DNA of 64,000 nucleotides, from NCBI GenBank assembly GCA_002269645.1, contig NIVC01000025.1, positions 124,001 through 188,000 on the forward strand, read 5' to 3'. Shown here piece by piece: positions 38,501 through 51,062 of this stretch (positions are counted from its first letter, which is position 1; every line of letters begins with the position of its first letter). This stretch comes from Macrostomum lignano (taxonomy: Eukaryota). Position numbers and translations under genes: made by a program. The notes beneath the pieces were generated by a model, which did no database searches, was not told where the DNA came from, and saw only the letters and a program-made list of their open reading frames with translations.

Positions 38501-41500
38501 ACTGAGAGTTTACCAATTCAGACACTGAGAGTTTACCAATTCAGACACTGAGAGTTTATCAATTCAGACACTGAGAGTTTACCAATTCAGACACTGAGAG
38601 TTTACCAATTCAGACACTGAGAGTTTATCAATTCAGACACTGAGAGTTTACCAATTCAGACACTGAGAGTTTACCAATTCAGACACTGAGAGTTTACCAA
38701 TTCAGACACTGAGAGTTTACCAATTCAGACACTGAGAGTTTACCAATTCAGACACTGAGAGTTTACCAATTCAGACACTGAGAGTTTACCAATTCAAACA
38801 CTGAGAGTTTATCAATTCAGACACTGAGAGTTTACCAATTCAGACACTGAGAGTTTACCAATTCAGACACTGAGAGTTTACCAATTCAGACACTGAGAGT
38901 TTACCAATTCAGACACTGAGAGTTTATCAATTCAGACACTGAGAGTTTACCAATTCAGACACTGAGAGTTTACCAATTCAGACACTGAGAGTTTACCAAT
39001 TCAGACACTGAGAGTTTACCAATTCAGACACTGAGAGTTTACTAATTCAGACACTGAGAGTTTACCAATTCAGACACTGAGAGTTTACCAATTCAGACAC
39101 TGAGAGTTTACCAATTCAGACACTGAGAGTTTACCAATTCAGACACTGAGAGTTTACCAATTCAGACACTGAGAGTTTATCAATTCAGACACTGAGAGTT
39201 TACCAATTCAGACACTGAGAGTTTACCAATTCAGACACTGAGAGTTTACCAATTCAGACACTGAGAGTTTACCAATTCAGACACTGAGAGTTTACCAATT
39301 CAGACACTGAGAGTTTATCAATTCAGACACTGAGAGTTTACCAATTCAGACACTGAGAGTTTACCAATTCAGACACTGAGAGTTTACCAATTCAGACACT
39401 GAGAGTTTACCAATTCAGACACTGAGAGTTGACTAATTCAGACACTGAGAGTTTACCAATTCAGACACTGAGAGTTTACCAATTCAGACACTGAGAGTTT
39501 ACCAATTCAGACACTGAGAGTTTACCAATTCAGACACTGAGAGTTTACCAATTCAGACACTGAGAGTTTACCAATTCAGACACTGAGAGTTTACCAATTC
39601 AGACACTGAGAGTTTACCAATTCAGACACTGAGAGTTTACCAATTCAGACACTGAGAGTTTACCAATTCAGACACTGAGAGTTTACCAATTCAGACACTG
39701 AGAGTTTACCAATTCAGACACTGAGATTTCACCTCGCCAACCCGCACAGGGAGGACCTGGAGAAGGAGGCCGCCAAGTACGCTGAGATTCAAGAGGCCTA
39801 CGAGCTGCAGCACATGGGGAATTTCAGGCGCATCTACCCGGAGCCCACCGACCAGTCGCCACAGAGCGGTCGCTACGCCCGTTTCCTGGCGCAGGGCGGC
39901 TTCCTCTACCAGGAGACAGCGGCCACGAGAGCTCGGGCAGACTGCGCCAGACAGCAGCGGGAGGAGCTGAGCAGGAAGGCCGCCGGCAGCCAGCTGGGGC
40001 CGACAGGTCGACAGCGCCGAGTCGGTGGCACCGGCGCCGGCGCAGCGGCTCGATCTGAAAGTCCCGACAGACCGCCGCTGCGCCGGCCGCAGCAAACCCG
40101 ATCGAGAGTCCGCCAACAGCAGCAGCAGCAGCCGGGAGCAGCTGGCGGTGTCAGAGAGGTTAGTGAGTCGGAGACGACAGTCAGGCCCCGCCTGATGTCG
40201 GCACAGAGCGACGACCGTCGGCCAGTGAGGGGGGCCGGCAGGCTGACCAGCGCCAGGCCGAGGACCTGCGGCGGCGGCAGCGGCGGCATCGCTTGGCCAG
40301 ATGAGGTGTCCCATATATTCGTCATTTGTGGGGCGACACTCCTGGGAGGCTGGAGTCGAATTCGAATTTGGAATAACCAACTCATTTTTTTGCCCTACTA
40401 ACTGCTCAAGCTGTCTGAATTCAATCTCACCCATAGATTTGAGAGGCCAACCCTAAATCTCACCCTTAGGTTCGAAAGATCAACCCTAAATCTCACCCTT
40501 AGGTTTGAAAGATCAACCCTAAATCTCATCCTTAGATTTGAAGGATCAACCCTAAATCTCATCCTTAGATTTTAAGGATCAACCCTAAATCTCACCCTTA
40601 GGTTTAAAAGATCAACCCTAAATCTCACCCTTAGGTTTAAAAGATCAGCCCTAAATCTCATCCTTAGATTTGAAGGATCAACCCTAAATCTCATTTATAG
40701 ATTTGAAAGATCAACCCTAAATCTCACCCTTAGGTTTAAAAGATCAGCCCTAAATCTCATCCTTAGATTTGAAAGATCAACCCTAAATCTCATTTATAGA
40801 TTTGAAAGATCAACCCTAAATCTCACCCTTAGGTTTAAAAGATCAACCCTAAATCTCACCCTTAGGTTTGAAAGATCAACCCAAAATCTCACCCTTAGGT
40901 TTGAAAGATCAACCCTAAATCTCACCCTTAGGTTTGAAAGATCAACCCTAAATCTCACCCTTAGGTTTAAAAGATCAGCCCTAAATCTCATCCTTAGATT
41001 TGAAAGATCAACCCTAAATCTCATTTATAGATTTGAAAGATCAACCCTAAATCTCACCCTTAGGTTTAAAAGATCAACCCTAAATCTCACCCTTAGGTTT
41101 GAAAGATCAACCCAAAATCTCACCCTTAGGTTTGAAAGATCAACCCTAAATCTCACCCTTAGGTTTGAAAGATCAACCCTAAATCTCACCCTTAGGTTTA
41201 AAAGATCAACCCTAAATTTCATCCTTAGATTTGAAGGATCAACCCTAAATTTCATTTATAGATTTGAAAGATCAACCCAAAATCTTACTTTTAGATTTGA
41301 GAGAACAACCCAAAAATCCCACTAATAGATTTGAAAGATCAACCCTAAATCTCACTTATAGATTTGAAAAATCAGCCCTAATCTCACCCTTAGATTTGAC
41401 AGATCAATCCTAAATCTCATCCTTAGATTTGAAAGAGCAGCCCTAAATCTCATCCTTAGAATTCCAAGGATAAAAGTACAGTTTAAGACCCTGATTAACT

Positions 41501-43403
41501 CCTCAATATTTGCAACCGTTGAAAATTTGAACTAACCGCCTTTTTCAAACGCTAAAAATCGTCGTTTTTTGCTACTAACAGTAGCGTTATTCCGCTGAAA
41601 TACCGCTTACTGCCGCTGCCGCTGCCGCTGCCGCCGTGCCTACCATGCTTTGCCGATTGTCCTTATTAACAACACAATTGCTCGGCTGCGCTGTTGACTG
41701 CTTTTTTTCTGCTTTTGCTGCCAATCATATTTTCGTGTTGCTGTGCGATAACAAGAAGCAGGATGTCCAGGACCGGACAGAGTATTTGAGATTGGGTATT
41801 AGAGATGGGAAATCTCGGGTATTAGAGACGGAGAGTCTTGGGTATTAGAGACAGAGAGTCTTGGGTATTAGCAACGGAGAATCTTGGGTATTAGAGACGG
41901 GGAATCTTGTTCATTTGAGACAGGGAATCTTGGGTATTAGAGATGGGAAATCTTGGGTATTCGAGATTGGATATTAGAGACTGGGGAATCTAAGGCATTA
42001 GAGACCGGGGAATCTCGGGTGTTAGAGACGGGGAATCTTGGGTATTAGAGGCCGGGGAATCTTTGGTATTATTGAAGTATGGACGGGAAATCTTGGGTTT
42101 TATTGGTTAAGATGCTCAATTTAAACTACTAATAGTAGACTAGCCGTTACAAAATATTTTATAAAGGAAAATATCAAACTAAAATCTCTCCCAGGCTTCG
42201 ACGCCAATTGTTGACACGCTGACGCCGCAGCCAATCATAGACGAGGAGGAGATCGACAGGCTGTCGGGCCTGATGCAGCGGGACAATCTAGTTCGCGGTC
42301 TGGGCATTGTGGAGCAGGTGTACCGGCTGCTCCACTGTACACCTGGCACCGTGGCCTCAATGCCGGTAGATCCCCAGCAGCAGCAACAGAAACAGCAGCA
42401 GCAGCAGCAGCAGCAGCCATACCAGTCAAGCCTATTAGCGGCAAATAGTCGCTACCTAGACGAGCTGTCGAATCGTTTAGGCGTTGCCATGCTAACCGGA
42501 AGTTATGCGGCCGCGGCTGCGGCAGCCGCTGCAGCCACCAGTGCCGCGGCACCGTCAGGAGCTCTGCAGCAGCAGCAGCAGCGGACTGCAGCCGCCCAGC
42601 CGCCAGCTCGGCAGTGGATGCGACCAGGGAGCCGCCATCATCGACTGGCCTTTGGTCAGCGGGTTGGCAGCGACTACGGCTCGGCTGGCAAGGCCCGCAG
42701 CTACGGTGGGGAGGGGCTGTTGATGGCCTTGGAGAGACTGGGGAATCTTGGGTATTAGAGATTGGGGAATCTTGGGTATTAAATACAGGGGAATCTTGGG
42801 TATTAAATACAGGGGAATCTTGGGTATTAAATACAGGGGAATCTTGGGTATTAAATACAGGGGAATCTTGGGTATTAAATACAGGGGAATCTTGGGTATT
42901 AGAGACTGGGGGAATCTTGGGTATTAGAGACTGGGGGAATCATGAGTATTAGAAACGGAGAATCTTGAGTATTAGAGACTGGGGGAATCATGGGTATTAG
43001 AAACGGAGAATCTTGGGTATTAGGGACGGGGAATCTTGGGTATTAGGGACGGAGAATCTTGGGTATTAGGGACGGAGAATCTTGGGTATTAGGGACGGGA
43101 AATCTTGGGTATTAGGGACGGGGAATCTTGGGTATTAGGGACGGGGAATCTTGGGTATTAGGGACGGGGAATCTTGGGTATTAGGGACGGGGAATCTTGG
43201 GTATTAGGGACGGGGAATCTTGGGTATTAGGGACGGGGAATCTTGGGTATTAGGGACGGGGAATCTTGGGTATTAGGGACGGGGAATCTTGGTCGGAGTC
43301 GTGTAAGCAGGTATCTCAGTCAGTGCCAATCTGACTAACCCAGCTTGGCAATCTCAAACCCCCGACAGGACCGGCGAAGCTAGGTCAGTATGGAGTCAGA
43401 CAG

Positions 43404-43435
<32 letters not shown>

Positions 43436-43679
43436 ATACGTCTTGGGTAGCGGCCTATCAGCAGCGAGTCTGTCCGTGATGTCAGCCCCAATGGCTGGCC
43501 GTCCAGTTGAAGACAACGCTGCACATCAGCAGCTGGGCGGTGGCGGCGGCATGCAGACTGGCAAGCGGCTGCCGAAGCAGCTGCCGGCCAAGGTGGCACC
43601 TGCTGGACGGCGAGTTGGCAGCGGCGGCGACGGCGGGAACCGTCCGACTGTTGGCAGTTCGGCGATCCTGCAGCGATGA
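30756..43679 (+). CDS. ttll6: Tubulin polyglutamylase TTLL6/TTLL13-like; exons 30756-31288, 31647-31687, 31778-31896, 32307-32440, 32718-32874, 33026-33169, 33298-33386, 35427-35834, 39750-about 40305, 42195-about 42705, 43369-43679
   Basis: TTL motifs: [130 protein letters not shown]. Phases match through exon 9. Donors of the last two internal exons are uncertain. TTLL6 vs TTLL13 cannot be separated. Confidence 0.92.
31310..31520. repeat. Degenerate about 23-bp repeat (GCGGCGCTTACTGAAGG), TTLL intron 1
   Basis: GCTTACTGAAGG recurs about 7 times. Confidence 0.75.
32500..32685. repeat. (GACA)n microsatellite, TTLL intron 4
   Basis: Direct reading. Confidence 0.95.
33387..35352. repeat. 23-bp G-rich minisatellite (TGTGTGTGGGGAAATGGGATTGG), TTLL intron 7
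   Basis: Tandem units starting at the splice donor; explains the 23-aa periodic Cys/Trp/Gly ORFs. Confidence 0.95.
35940..37420. repeat. 39-40-bp minisatellite (CCCGGCCATAGACAATAAAAACTCGCAATTCCCAGCTGCA) with a 78-bp dimer higher-order unit
   Basis: Direct reading; 26-aa periodic ORF 36507-37349. Confidence 0.95.
38150..39725. repeat. 23-bp minisatellite (TTCAGACACTGAGAGTTTACCAA)
   Basis: Highly homogeneous array ending about 25 nt before the acceptor at 39749. Confidence 0.97.
40430..41460. repeat. 33-bp minisatellite (AAATCTCACCCTTAGGTTTGAAAGATCAACCCT)
   Basis: Direct reading; 231-bp (7-unit) block duplicated at 40794-41024 and 41025-41255. Confidence 0.95.
41790..42105. repeat. Degenerate 23-bp repeat (GGGAATCTTGGGTATTAGAGAC)
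   Basis: Same unit as 42735-43293. Confidence 0.85.
42735..43293. repeat. 23-bp minisatellite (GGGGAATCTTGGGTATTAGGGAC)
   Basis: Direct reading. Confidence 0.93.
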
Positions 43680-43789
43680 CCTTCGATAGAGCAAGGGTTT
43701 TGACTGCGTAATCAGGGTGAAATATTCATATATCAATTATCTTCTAAAAATCGATTTTTTGCAATGCAAACTCAAGCAACAGATCTGTG

Positions 43790-44625
43790 TCAGGTGAGTG
43801 CTGATTTAGAGTGTCAGGCGAGTACTGATTAAAGTGTGTCAGGTGAGTGCTGACTTATAGTGTCAGGCGAGTGCTGATTTAGAGCGTCAGGTGAGTGCTG
43901 ATTTAGAGTGTCAGGTGAGTGCTGATTAAAGTGTGTCAGGTGAGTGCTGACTTATAGTATCAGGCGAGTGCTGATTTAGAGTGTCAGGTGAGTGCTGACT
44001 TATAGTGTCAGGCGAGTGCTGATTTAGAGTGTCAGGTGAGTGCTGACTTATAGTGTCAGGCGAGTGCTGATTTAGAGTGTCAGGTGAGTGCTGACTTATA
44101 GTGTCAGGCGAGTGCTGATTTATAGTGTCAGGTGAGTGCTGATTAAAGTGTGTCAGGTGAGTGCTGATTTAGAGTGTCAGGCGAGTACTGATTTAGAGTG
44201 TCAGGTGAGTGCTGATTTAGAGTGTCAGGTGAGTGCTGACTTATAGTGTCAGGCGAGTGCTGATTTATAGTGTCAGGTGAGTGCTGATTAAAGTGTGTCA
44301 GGTGAGTGCTGATTTAGAGTGTCAGGCGAGTACTGATTTAGAGTGTCAGGTGAGTGCTGATTTAGAGTGTCAGGTGAGTGCCGACTTATAGTGTCAGGCG
44401 AGTACTGATTTAGTGTCAGGTGAGTGCTGATTTAGAGTGTCAGGTGAGTGCTGATTTAGAGTGTCAGATGAGTGCTGATTTAGAGTGTCAGGTGAGTGCT
44501 GATTTAGAGTGTCAGATGAGTGCTGATTAAAGTGTCAGGTGAGTGCTGATTTAGAGTGTCAGATGAGTGCTGATTTAGAGTGTCAGGTGAGTGCTGATTT
44601 AGAGTGTCAGGTGAGTGCTGATTTC
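43790..44625. repeat. 24-bp minisatellite (GTGTCAGGTGAGTGCTGATTTAGA)
   Basis: Direct reading. Confidence 0.95.
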
Positions 44626-45294
44626 AATTATTAGGATAAGCATTGTGTAGCGATTCAGCTAGGTAGCAAGGCAATTTCCCGAGTTATTTAGTCGACTATT
44701 CTGCATGCAGCTGCTTGTAAAATGTACTTTTTTATTAATCAGTTCGAGTCTGTTGACATGCAGATTGTTTCTTTCTAAATCGAGTGTCACTTTTTGTTGT
44801 TTGCAACGCAGATAAGAGTTACTTTTTGTTAAAAAGATGACAATAATGTTTTCGTTTGGCTAAACTGGCACGAGTTTAAATCATAGATTTCTACGAAAGG
44901 CGCCAACTTGGCTATAATGATTTATTTTCCTATGCCAGTCAGAGTGAACTCAAGCTGTGCCACTTTAAATTTCTTTCTTTCAAGTCTTTGACAAACACGA
45001 CAACAGCACAGGAAATATATAAATGTTATGTCATTGCCAGAGCTGCACCATGGAGAGTTTATATGATTGCTGTAGTTTTTATTTTGCATTCTGCTAATAA
45101 CCAGTTGAAAACTTTTGGACTCCGTTTTGTTTGTAAATTTAAACTAAAGTATAGAAATCAATCAGGTTTCAACTTCAAGACCCCTCTGAATGTACTTACT
45201 TTCAGTACTTACTTTCTACTCGTAATCGTCAAGAATGTAGCTAGTGCTCTCTCTGTCTTGTAGGTTGAAATCCGGCCAATTCCATGCACACAAG

Positions 45295-45815
45295 TCCCGA
45301 ATGATCCAGACACAATGAAGAGCCAGTTACCAGATCCAGACACAATGAAGACGATCGTTACCAGATCCAGACACAATGAAGAGCCAGTTACCAGATCCAG
45401 ACACCATGAAGAGCCAGTTACCAGATCCAGACACAATGAAGACGATCGTTACCAGATCCAGACACAATGAAGACGATCGTTACCAGATCCAGTTACCAGA
45501 TCCAGACACCATGAAGAGCCAGTTACCAGATCCAGACACAATGAAGAGCCAGTTACCAGATCCAGACACAATGAAGACGATCGTTACCAGATCCAGACAC
45601 AATGAAGAGCCAGTTACCAGATCCAGACACCATGAAGAGCCAGTTACCAGATCCAGACACAATGAAGACGATCGTTACCAGATCCAGACACAATGAAGAC
45701 GATCGTTACCAGATCCAGACACAATGAAGACGATCGTTACCAGATCCAGACACAATGAAGAGCCAGTTACCAGACACAGACACAATGAAGAGCCAGTTAC
45801 CAGACACAGACACAC
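45295..45815. repeat. 30-31-bp minisatellite (CCAGATCCAGACACAATGAAGAGCCAGTTA)
   Basis: Direct reading, two variants. Confidence 0.93.
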
Positions 45816-46416
45816 AAACACTGAATTATATTGATTACCAGTTAACCAGTTAAAAAATAATTCAGACAGTAAACTCCAGTGTGTTTAAGCATTACGGACA
45901 ATGATTCTGCCATTGCCGAATACAGAATTAATCATACAGGCAACAGTTTGAATATAATTCATATATATGGACTTTTGCGCGCCGGTTCACTTAGCTATAA
46001 TATTTTTCAAAGACAATAAGGACAATCGAGCTATCAGTCAGTAAGTCAGATTTCACTTGACAGAAGTAAACAATGGTTTAACAGCAACAGGCACATAACA
46101 ACCGAAACCAGTGAAACAGAGAGATAAGAAATTGACAAGTTACAGCGATAATAGAGCAAGTGGCCTGACCTCATGACTAAATATTTATTAAAGATACTAT
46201 CAAATTTATTATACTACTAACAAGCAGATGCTCATTAAGTAGTATTAATAGCTTTACTATTAATACGATATAAATAATGCAACATCCGAGTCTAACATCT
46301 TATATTCTAAGCATTGCATTAGTAAATTAATTAAAACTTCGTCGGGTGTTGATAAAATAATAAGCAAACTAATAATATAATTAGCCTTAGCCTGTAGCAG
46401 TTCTGAAGCTCGGCAA

Positions 46417-48654
46417 TCACTGCTCCTCAGAGTTGGCCGGAGCGTTCAGGCAGATCCACTGGCCGTCCAGGCTCTCCTTCCACAGGCTGACTTTGTTGTC
46501 GCCGCTGCTCACCGCCAGCAGATTGCCGGTGACGCTCCAGCTGACGTGCCAGAGGACGTCTTGGAATGGCGGCAGGGTGACGGAGCTCCAGGAGGTGTCC
46601 TCGTCGCGACGGGTCCAGATAATAACCCGGCAGTCCTGGGGATTCAGATTGGGAATAGCGAATGGGCTACAAATAGAAGGGCCCAGCAGCTGAGGATCTG
46701 GGAGGCTGGCCCAGCAACTGGAGATCTGGGAGGCTGGTGACCCAGCAACTGGGGATCTGGGAGGCTCGCCCAGCAGCTGAGGATCTGGGAGGCTGGCCCA
46801 GCAACTGAGGATCTGGGAGGCTGGCCCAGCAACTGGAGATCTGGGAGGCTGGTGACCCAGCAACTGGGGATCTGGGAGGCTCGCCCAGCAGCTGAGGATC
46901 TGGGAGGCTGGCCCAGCAACTGAGGATCTGGGAGGCTGGCCCAGCAACTGGAGATCTGGGAGGCTGGTGACCCAGCAACTGGGGATCTGGGAGGCTCGCC
47001 CAGCAGCTGAGGATCTGGGAGGCTGGCCCAGCAATTGGGGATCTGGGAGGCTGGCCCAGCAACTGATGATCTGAGAGGCTGGCCCAGCAACTGAGGATCT
47101 GTGTAGAATGGGGATCGCATCGCACCTGGCCGCAGCTGGCAATCATGTCTCTGGACAGTCCGAGATTGGGCGCCCAGGCGACGTCGCGCACCCAGTCCGA
47201 GTGGCCCTCCAGAGTGCTCTCGCGGGACCACTGAGCGCCGTCGGGTTCCAGACGCCAGACGCGCACCTGTCAGCGGCCGGGAATAGCAACAAGGATTAAC
47301 ATGTGTATAATTTAGAAGTAACATATCAAGGTCATCCGTCATCCCCGTCACCTGTCCATCGCAGCCGCCGGATACCAGGCGCCGAGCGGTCGGTGCCGAG
47401 CCGCGACCCCCGGCGGCGTCATCGGCGGCTGAGGAGGCCACGGGCGGGCAGAGCAGCGAGCTGGGCTGAGTGGCCGGGGCCCAGCTGACCGCGTTGACAC
47501 CGATGGTGTGCGCGTTGGGGATTTTTGAGGTCTCCCAGTTGCCATCCTGAATAAACGCAGGTATGTTCTATTTTTTTGGATACATATCGGCTGAGTGAAC
47601 CTATTTTCGATACATATCGGCTGGGTGAACCTATTTTCGATACATATCGGCTGACTAAACCTATTTTCTATACATATCGGTTGACTAAACCTATTTTCGA
47701 TACATATCGGCTGACTAAACCTATTTTCTATACATATCGGTTGACTAAACCTATTTTCAATACATATCGGTTGACTAAACCTATTTTCGATACATATCGG
47801 CTGGGTGAACCTATTTTCGATACATATCGGCTGACTAAAGCTATTTTCTATACATATCGGTTGACTAAACCTATTTTCGATACATATCGGCTGACTAAAC
47901 CTATTTTCGATACATATCGGTTGACTAAACCTATTTTCGATACATATCGGTTGACTAAACCTATTTTAGATACATATCGGTTGACTAAACCTATTTTCTA
48001 TACATATCGGTTGACTAAACCTATTTTCGATACATATCGGTTGACTAAACCTATTTTCTATACATATCGGTTGACTAAACCTTTTTTCTATACATATCGG
48101 ATTATTGAACCTATTTTCTATACATATCGGTTGACTAAACCTATTTTCGATACATACCGGCTGTGGCATACATTCAAATTTTAATTGAGTAAGCTAGAAC
48201 AGCTAACCTGGCCGCAGGTGACCACAGAGATGCTGCCATCAGAGGAGGCGCAGGCAAACATTAATCCGTACTCGTGCGGTGCCCAAGCCACAGAATTAAC
48301 GCTGCTCTCGTGCTGCGCGTGTTCATAAACAACCTCCCATTGCTGGTGCTGCTGTTGACGCTGCTGGTGCTGTTGCGGCGCTGCGGCGGACTCTCGCCAG
48401 ACCAGCACTCGCCGATCGTAGCTGCAGGAGGCCAGCAGGGAGCCGTGAACAGGATGCGACCAGGCCACCTGCCACACCGGGCCCTCGTGTCTGGCCAGAG
48501 TGCACAGCAGCGATTGGCCGCGATTTCGGACATCGAATACTCGGATGGTCTTGTCCGACGAGCAGGTGGCCAGCCGGGTGCCGTAGTAATCTAGCTGGGC
48601 ATCGTGGATCATGTCATCGTGTGCAGTGTCCACTGTTTGCATTACAGACACCAT
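46417..48654 (-). CDS. sec13: Protein SEC13 (COPII / Nup107 / GATOR2 WD40 subunit), 4 exons: 48654-48208, 47546-47352, 47266-47126, 46635-46417 (about 333 aa)
   Basis: [121 protein letters not shown]; all introns phase 0 GT-AG. Confidence 0.97.
46680..47100. repeat. 28-30-bp minisatellite filling Sec13 intron 3
   Basis: CCCAGCA(G/A)CTG(A/G)GGATCTGGGAGGCT units. Confidence 0.9.
47575..48165. repeat. 30-bp minisatellite filling Sec13 intron 1 (TACATATCGGTTGACTAAACCTATTTTCGA)
   Basis: Direct reading; 10-aa periodic ORF. Confidence 0.95.
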
Positions 48655-48719
48655 AGTTGGCTTGGTAAATAGCGATTAATACTAAGCATGAATGGCATGC
48701 ATTTACAATTGCAGTGGGG

Positions 48720-49920
48720 CGATTCTTGGGGTGGGTGACTGGATGAGGGGCGATTCTTGGGGTGGGTGAGGGGCGATTCTTGGGGTGGGTGAGGGGCGAT
48801 TCTTGGGGTGGGTGAGGGGCGATTCTTGGGTGGGTGAGGGGCGATTCTTGGGGTGGGTGAGGGGCGATTCTTGGGGTGGGTGAGGGGCGATTCTTGGGGT
48901 GGGTGAGGGGCGATTCTTGGGGTGGGTGACTGAATGAGGCGCGATTCTTGGGGTGGGTGAATGAATGAGGGGCGATTCTTGGTGTGGGTGAGGGGCGATT
49001 CTTGGGGTGGGTGACTGAATGAGGGGCGATTCTTGGTGTGGGTGAGGGGCGATTCTTAAGGTGGGTGAGGGGCGATTCTTGGGGTGGGTGAGGGGCGATT
49101 CTTGGGGTGGGTGACTGAATGAGGGGCGATTCTTGGTGTGGGTGAGAGCGATTCTTAAGGTGGGTGAGGGGCGATTCTTAAGGTGGGTGAGGGGCGATTC
49201 TTGGGGTGGGTGAGGGGCGATTCTTGGGGTGGGTGACTGAATGAGGGGCGATTCTTGGTGTGGGTGAGGGGCGATTCTTGGGGTGGGTGAGGGGCGATTC
49301 TTGGTGTGGGTGAGGGGCGATTCTTGGGGTGGGTGACTGAATGAGGGGCGATTCTTGGGGTGGGTGAGGGCCGATTCATGGGGTGTGTGAGGGGTGATTT
49401 TTGTGTGGGTGAGGGCGATTCTTGGGGTGGGTGACTGAATGAGGGCGATTCTTGGGGTGGGTGACTGAATGAGGGGCGATTCTTGGGGTGGGTGACTGAA
49501 TGAGGGCGATTCTTGAGGTGGGTGAGGGGCGATTCTTGGGGTGGGTGAGGGGCGATTCTTGGGGTGGGTGAGGGGCGATTCTTGGGGTGGGTGACTGAAT
49601 GAGGGCGATTCTTGGGGTGGGTGAGGGGCGATTCTTGGGGTGGGTGACTGAATGAGGGGCGATTCTTGGGGTGGGTGAGGGCCGATTTATGGGGTGTGTG
49701 AGGGGTGATTTTTGTGTGGGTGAGGGCGATTCTTGGGGTGGGTGAGGGGTGATTTTTGTGTGGGTGAGGGCGATTCCTATGGTGGGCTTCTACAGGAAGA
49801 ATTAGAATTAGAAGAGTTAGAAGAGATTCTACAGGAATTCCTGGTGAGGGGCGATTTTGGAGGTGGGTGAGGGGGTGATTCTTAGCCTCTTAGGGTGGGT
49901 GAAGGGCGATTCCTGGGTTG
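48720..49920. repeat. G-rich 23-bp minisatellite (GGGGCGATTCTTGGGGTGGGTGA) with a CTGAATGA insertion variant
   Basis: Direct reading; begins about 65 bp upstream of the Sec13 ATG. Confidence 0.93.
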
Positions 49921-51062
49921 GCTGTGACAATTCAGGTGCCAGGTGAACAAAAGTGGCTATTAGGAGTGAGGCAGTCAACTGGGAAAAATATTTTAAAGAC
50001 AAAAGAGAAGATATACTATAGCAGCCGAAGTCGCATTTTGCAACAACTGGATAGCTATAATGTATATTAATGATAACTCAATGTTAGTACGAAGTTAGTT
50101 TAGTAATTAATAGCTGTGTCAACTGAATACATAGATTTGAGTATTGTATTGACGACAGAGTCAACTCTACATATACACTTACTAATCAGCTAATCTCTTA
50201 AAACATCTTATTAGAGGATCGGCACAGCAACGCTTATTAAAAAATTTATAGCCAGCCAATCAAAATACGAGTAGCAATCGGCTGGGGCCAATAAAACACA
50301 GAAGAGAAAGAGAGACAATTTAAAAGAAGAAGCAAACAGCAAAGCACCGCTAGTCAGAGAAACGAAGAGGAAAAAGTTGATTAATATTTCAAAGATTGAT
50401 TTAATTTTTTAAAGCGCAGTAAAAGACCATATGATAGCCAAGAGAAAAGTGAAATGTTTGTTTTCAAATTGAATTATTTGATAAAAGGAAGCGAATAAAA
50501 CCACATTAAGGAGATGAAATTAATACTATTATTACAATATTATTGATAATTTTCGACGCAAAATAATAAATTGTAGTTCTGACAATAAAGGACTGTGTTT
50601 ACTGATCAAAACTAATTCAAAAGCAAAGCGCATTTGCGTCACTTTATGCATTTCGCATTTATAACAACTCTATTTAGACTACTTGAGTCAGTAGCAAGTT
50701 AAGCGCTAACACAAACGACTCTTGGACTACTTTTTTTCACGACTTGACTCATTTTATTAATAAGTTGAGCTCGTTCTTGACACATTTTTGATCACAGCAA
50801 ACACAGTCTGGAAACTTTTACAACAATAACCTCGTATAAGCCGCAAAATTAGAGATAAAGAAGACAACATGACAGACAGGACAGAGGAGCATACACTCAT
50901 ACTGTGGCAATATAATAATTCTTAGATTATTCAGTAGGAAGTATAGCAGGCTGAGGCCTTGATTAGTTTTAATCGTCGTGCCCTGGCGACATCGGATGCT
51001 GCAATGGGAAATATGTAAGGGAATTGATTGACAGCGTAAATTAATTTTTGACTAACAAAATA

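Noticed and set aside
39706-40434. Antisense ORFs over TTLL, SLC22, GPCR, Sec13 and gag exons
   Set aside because: Shadow ORFs expected on the opposite strand of GC-rich coding sequence; no independent motifs.
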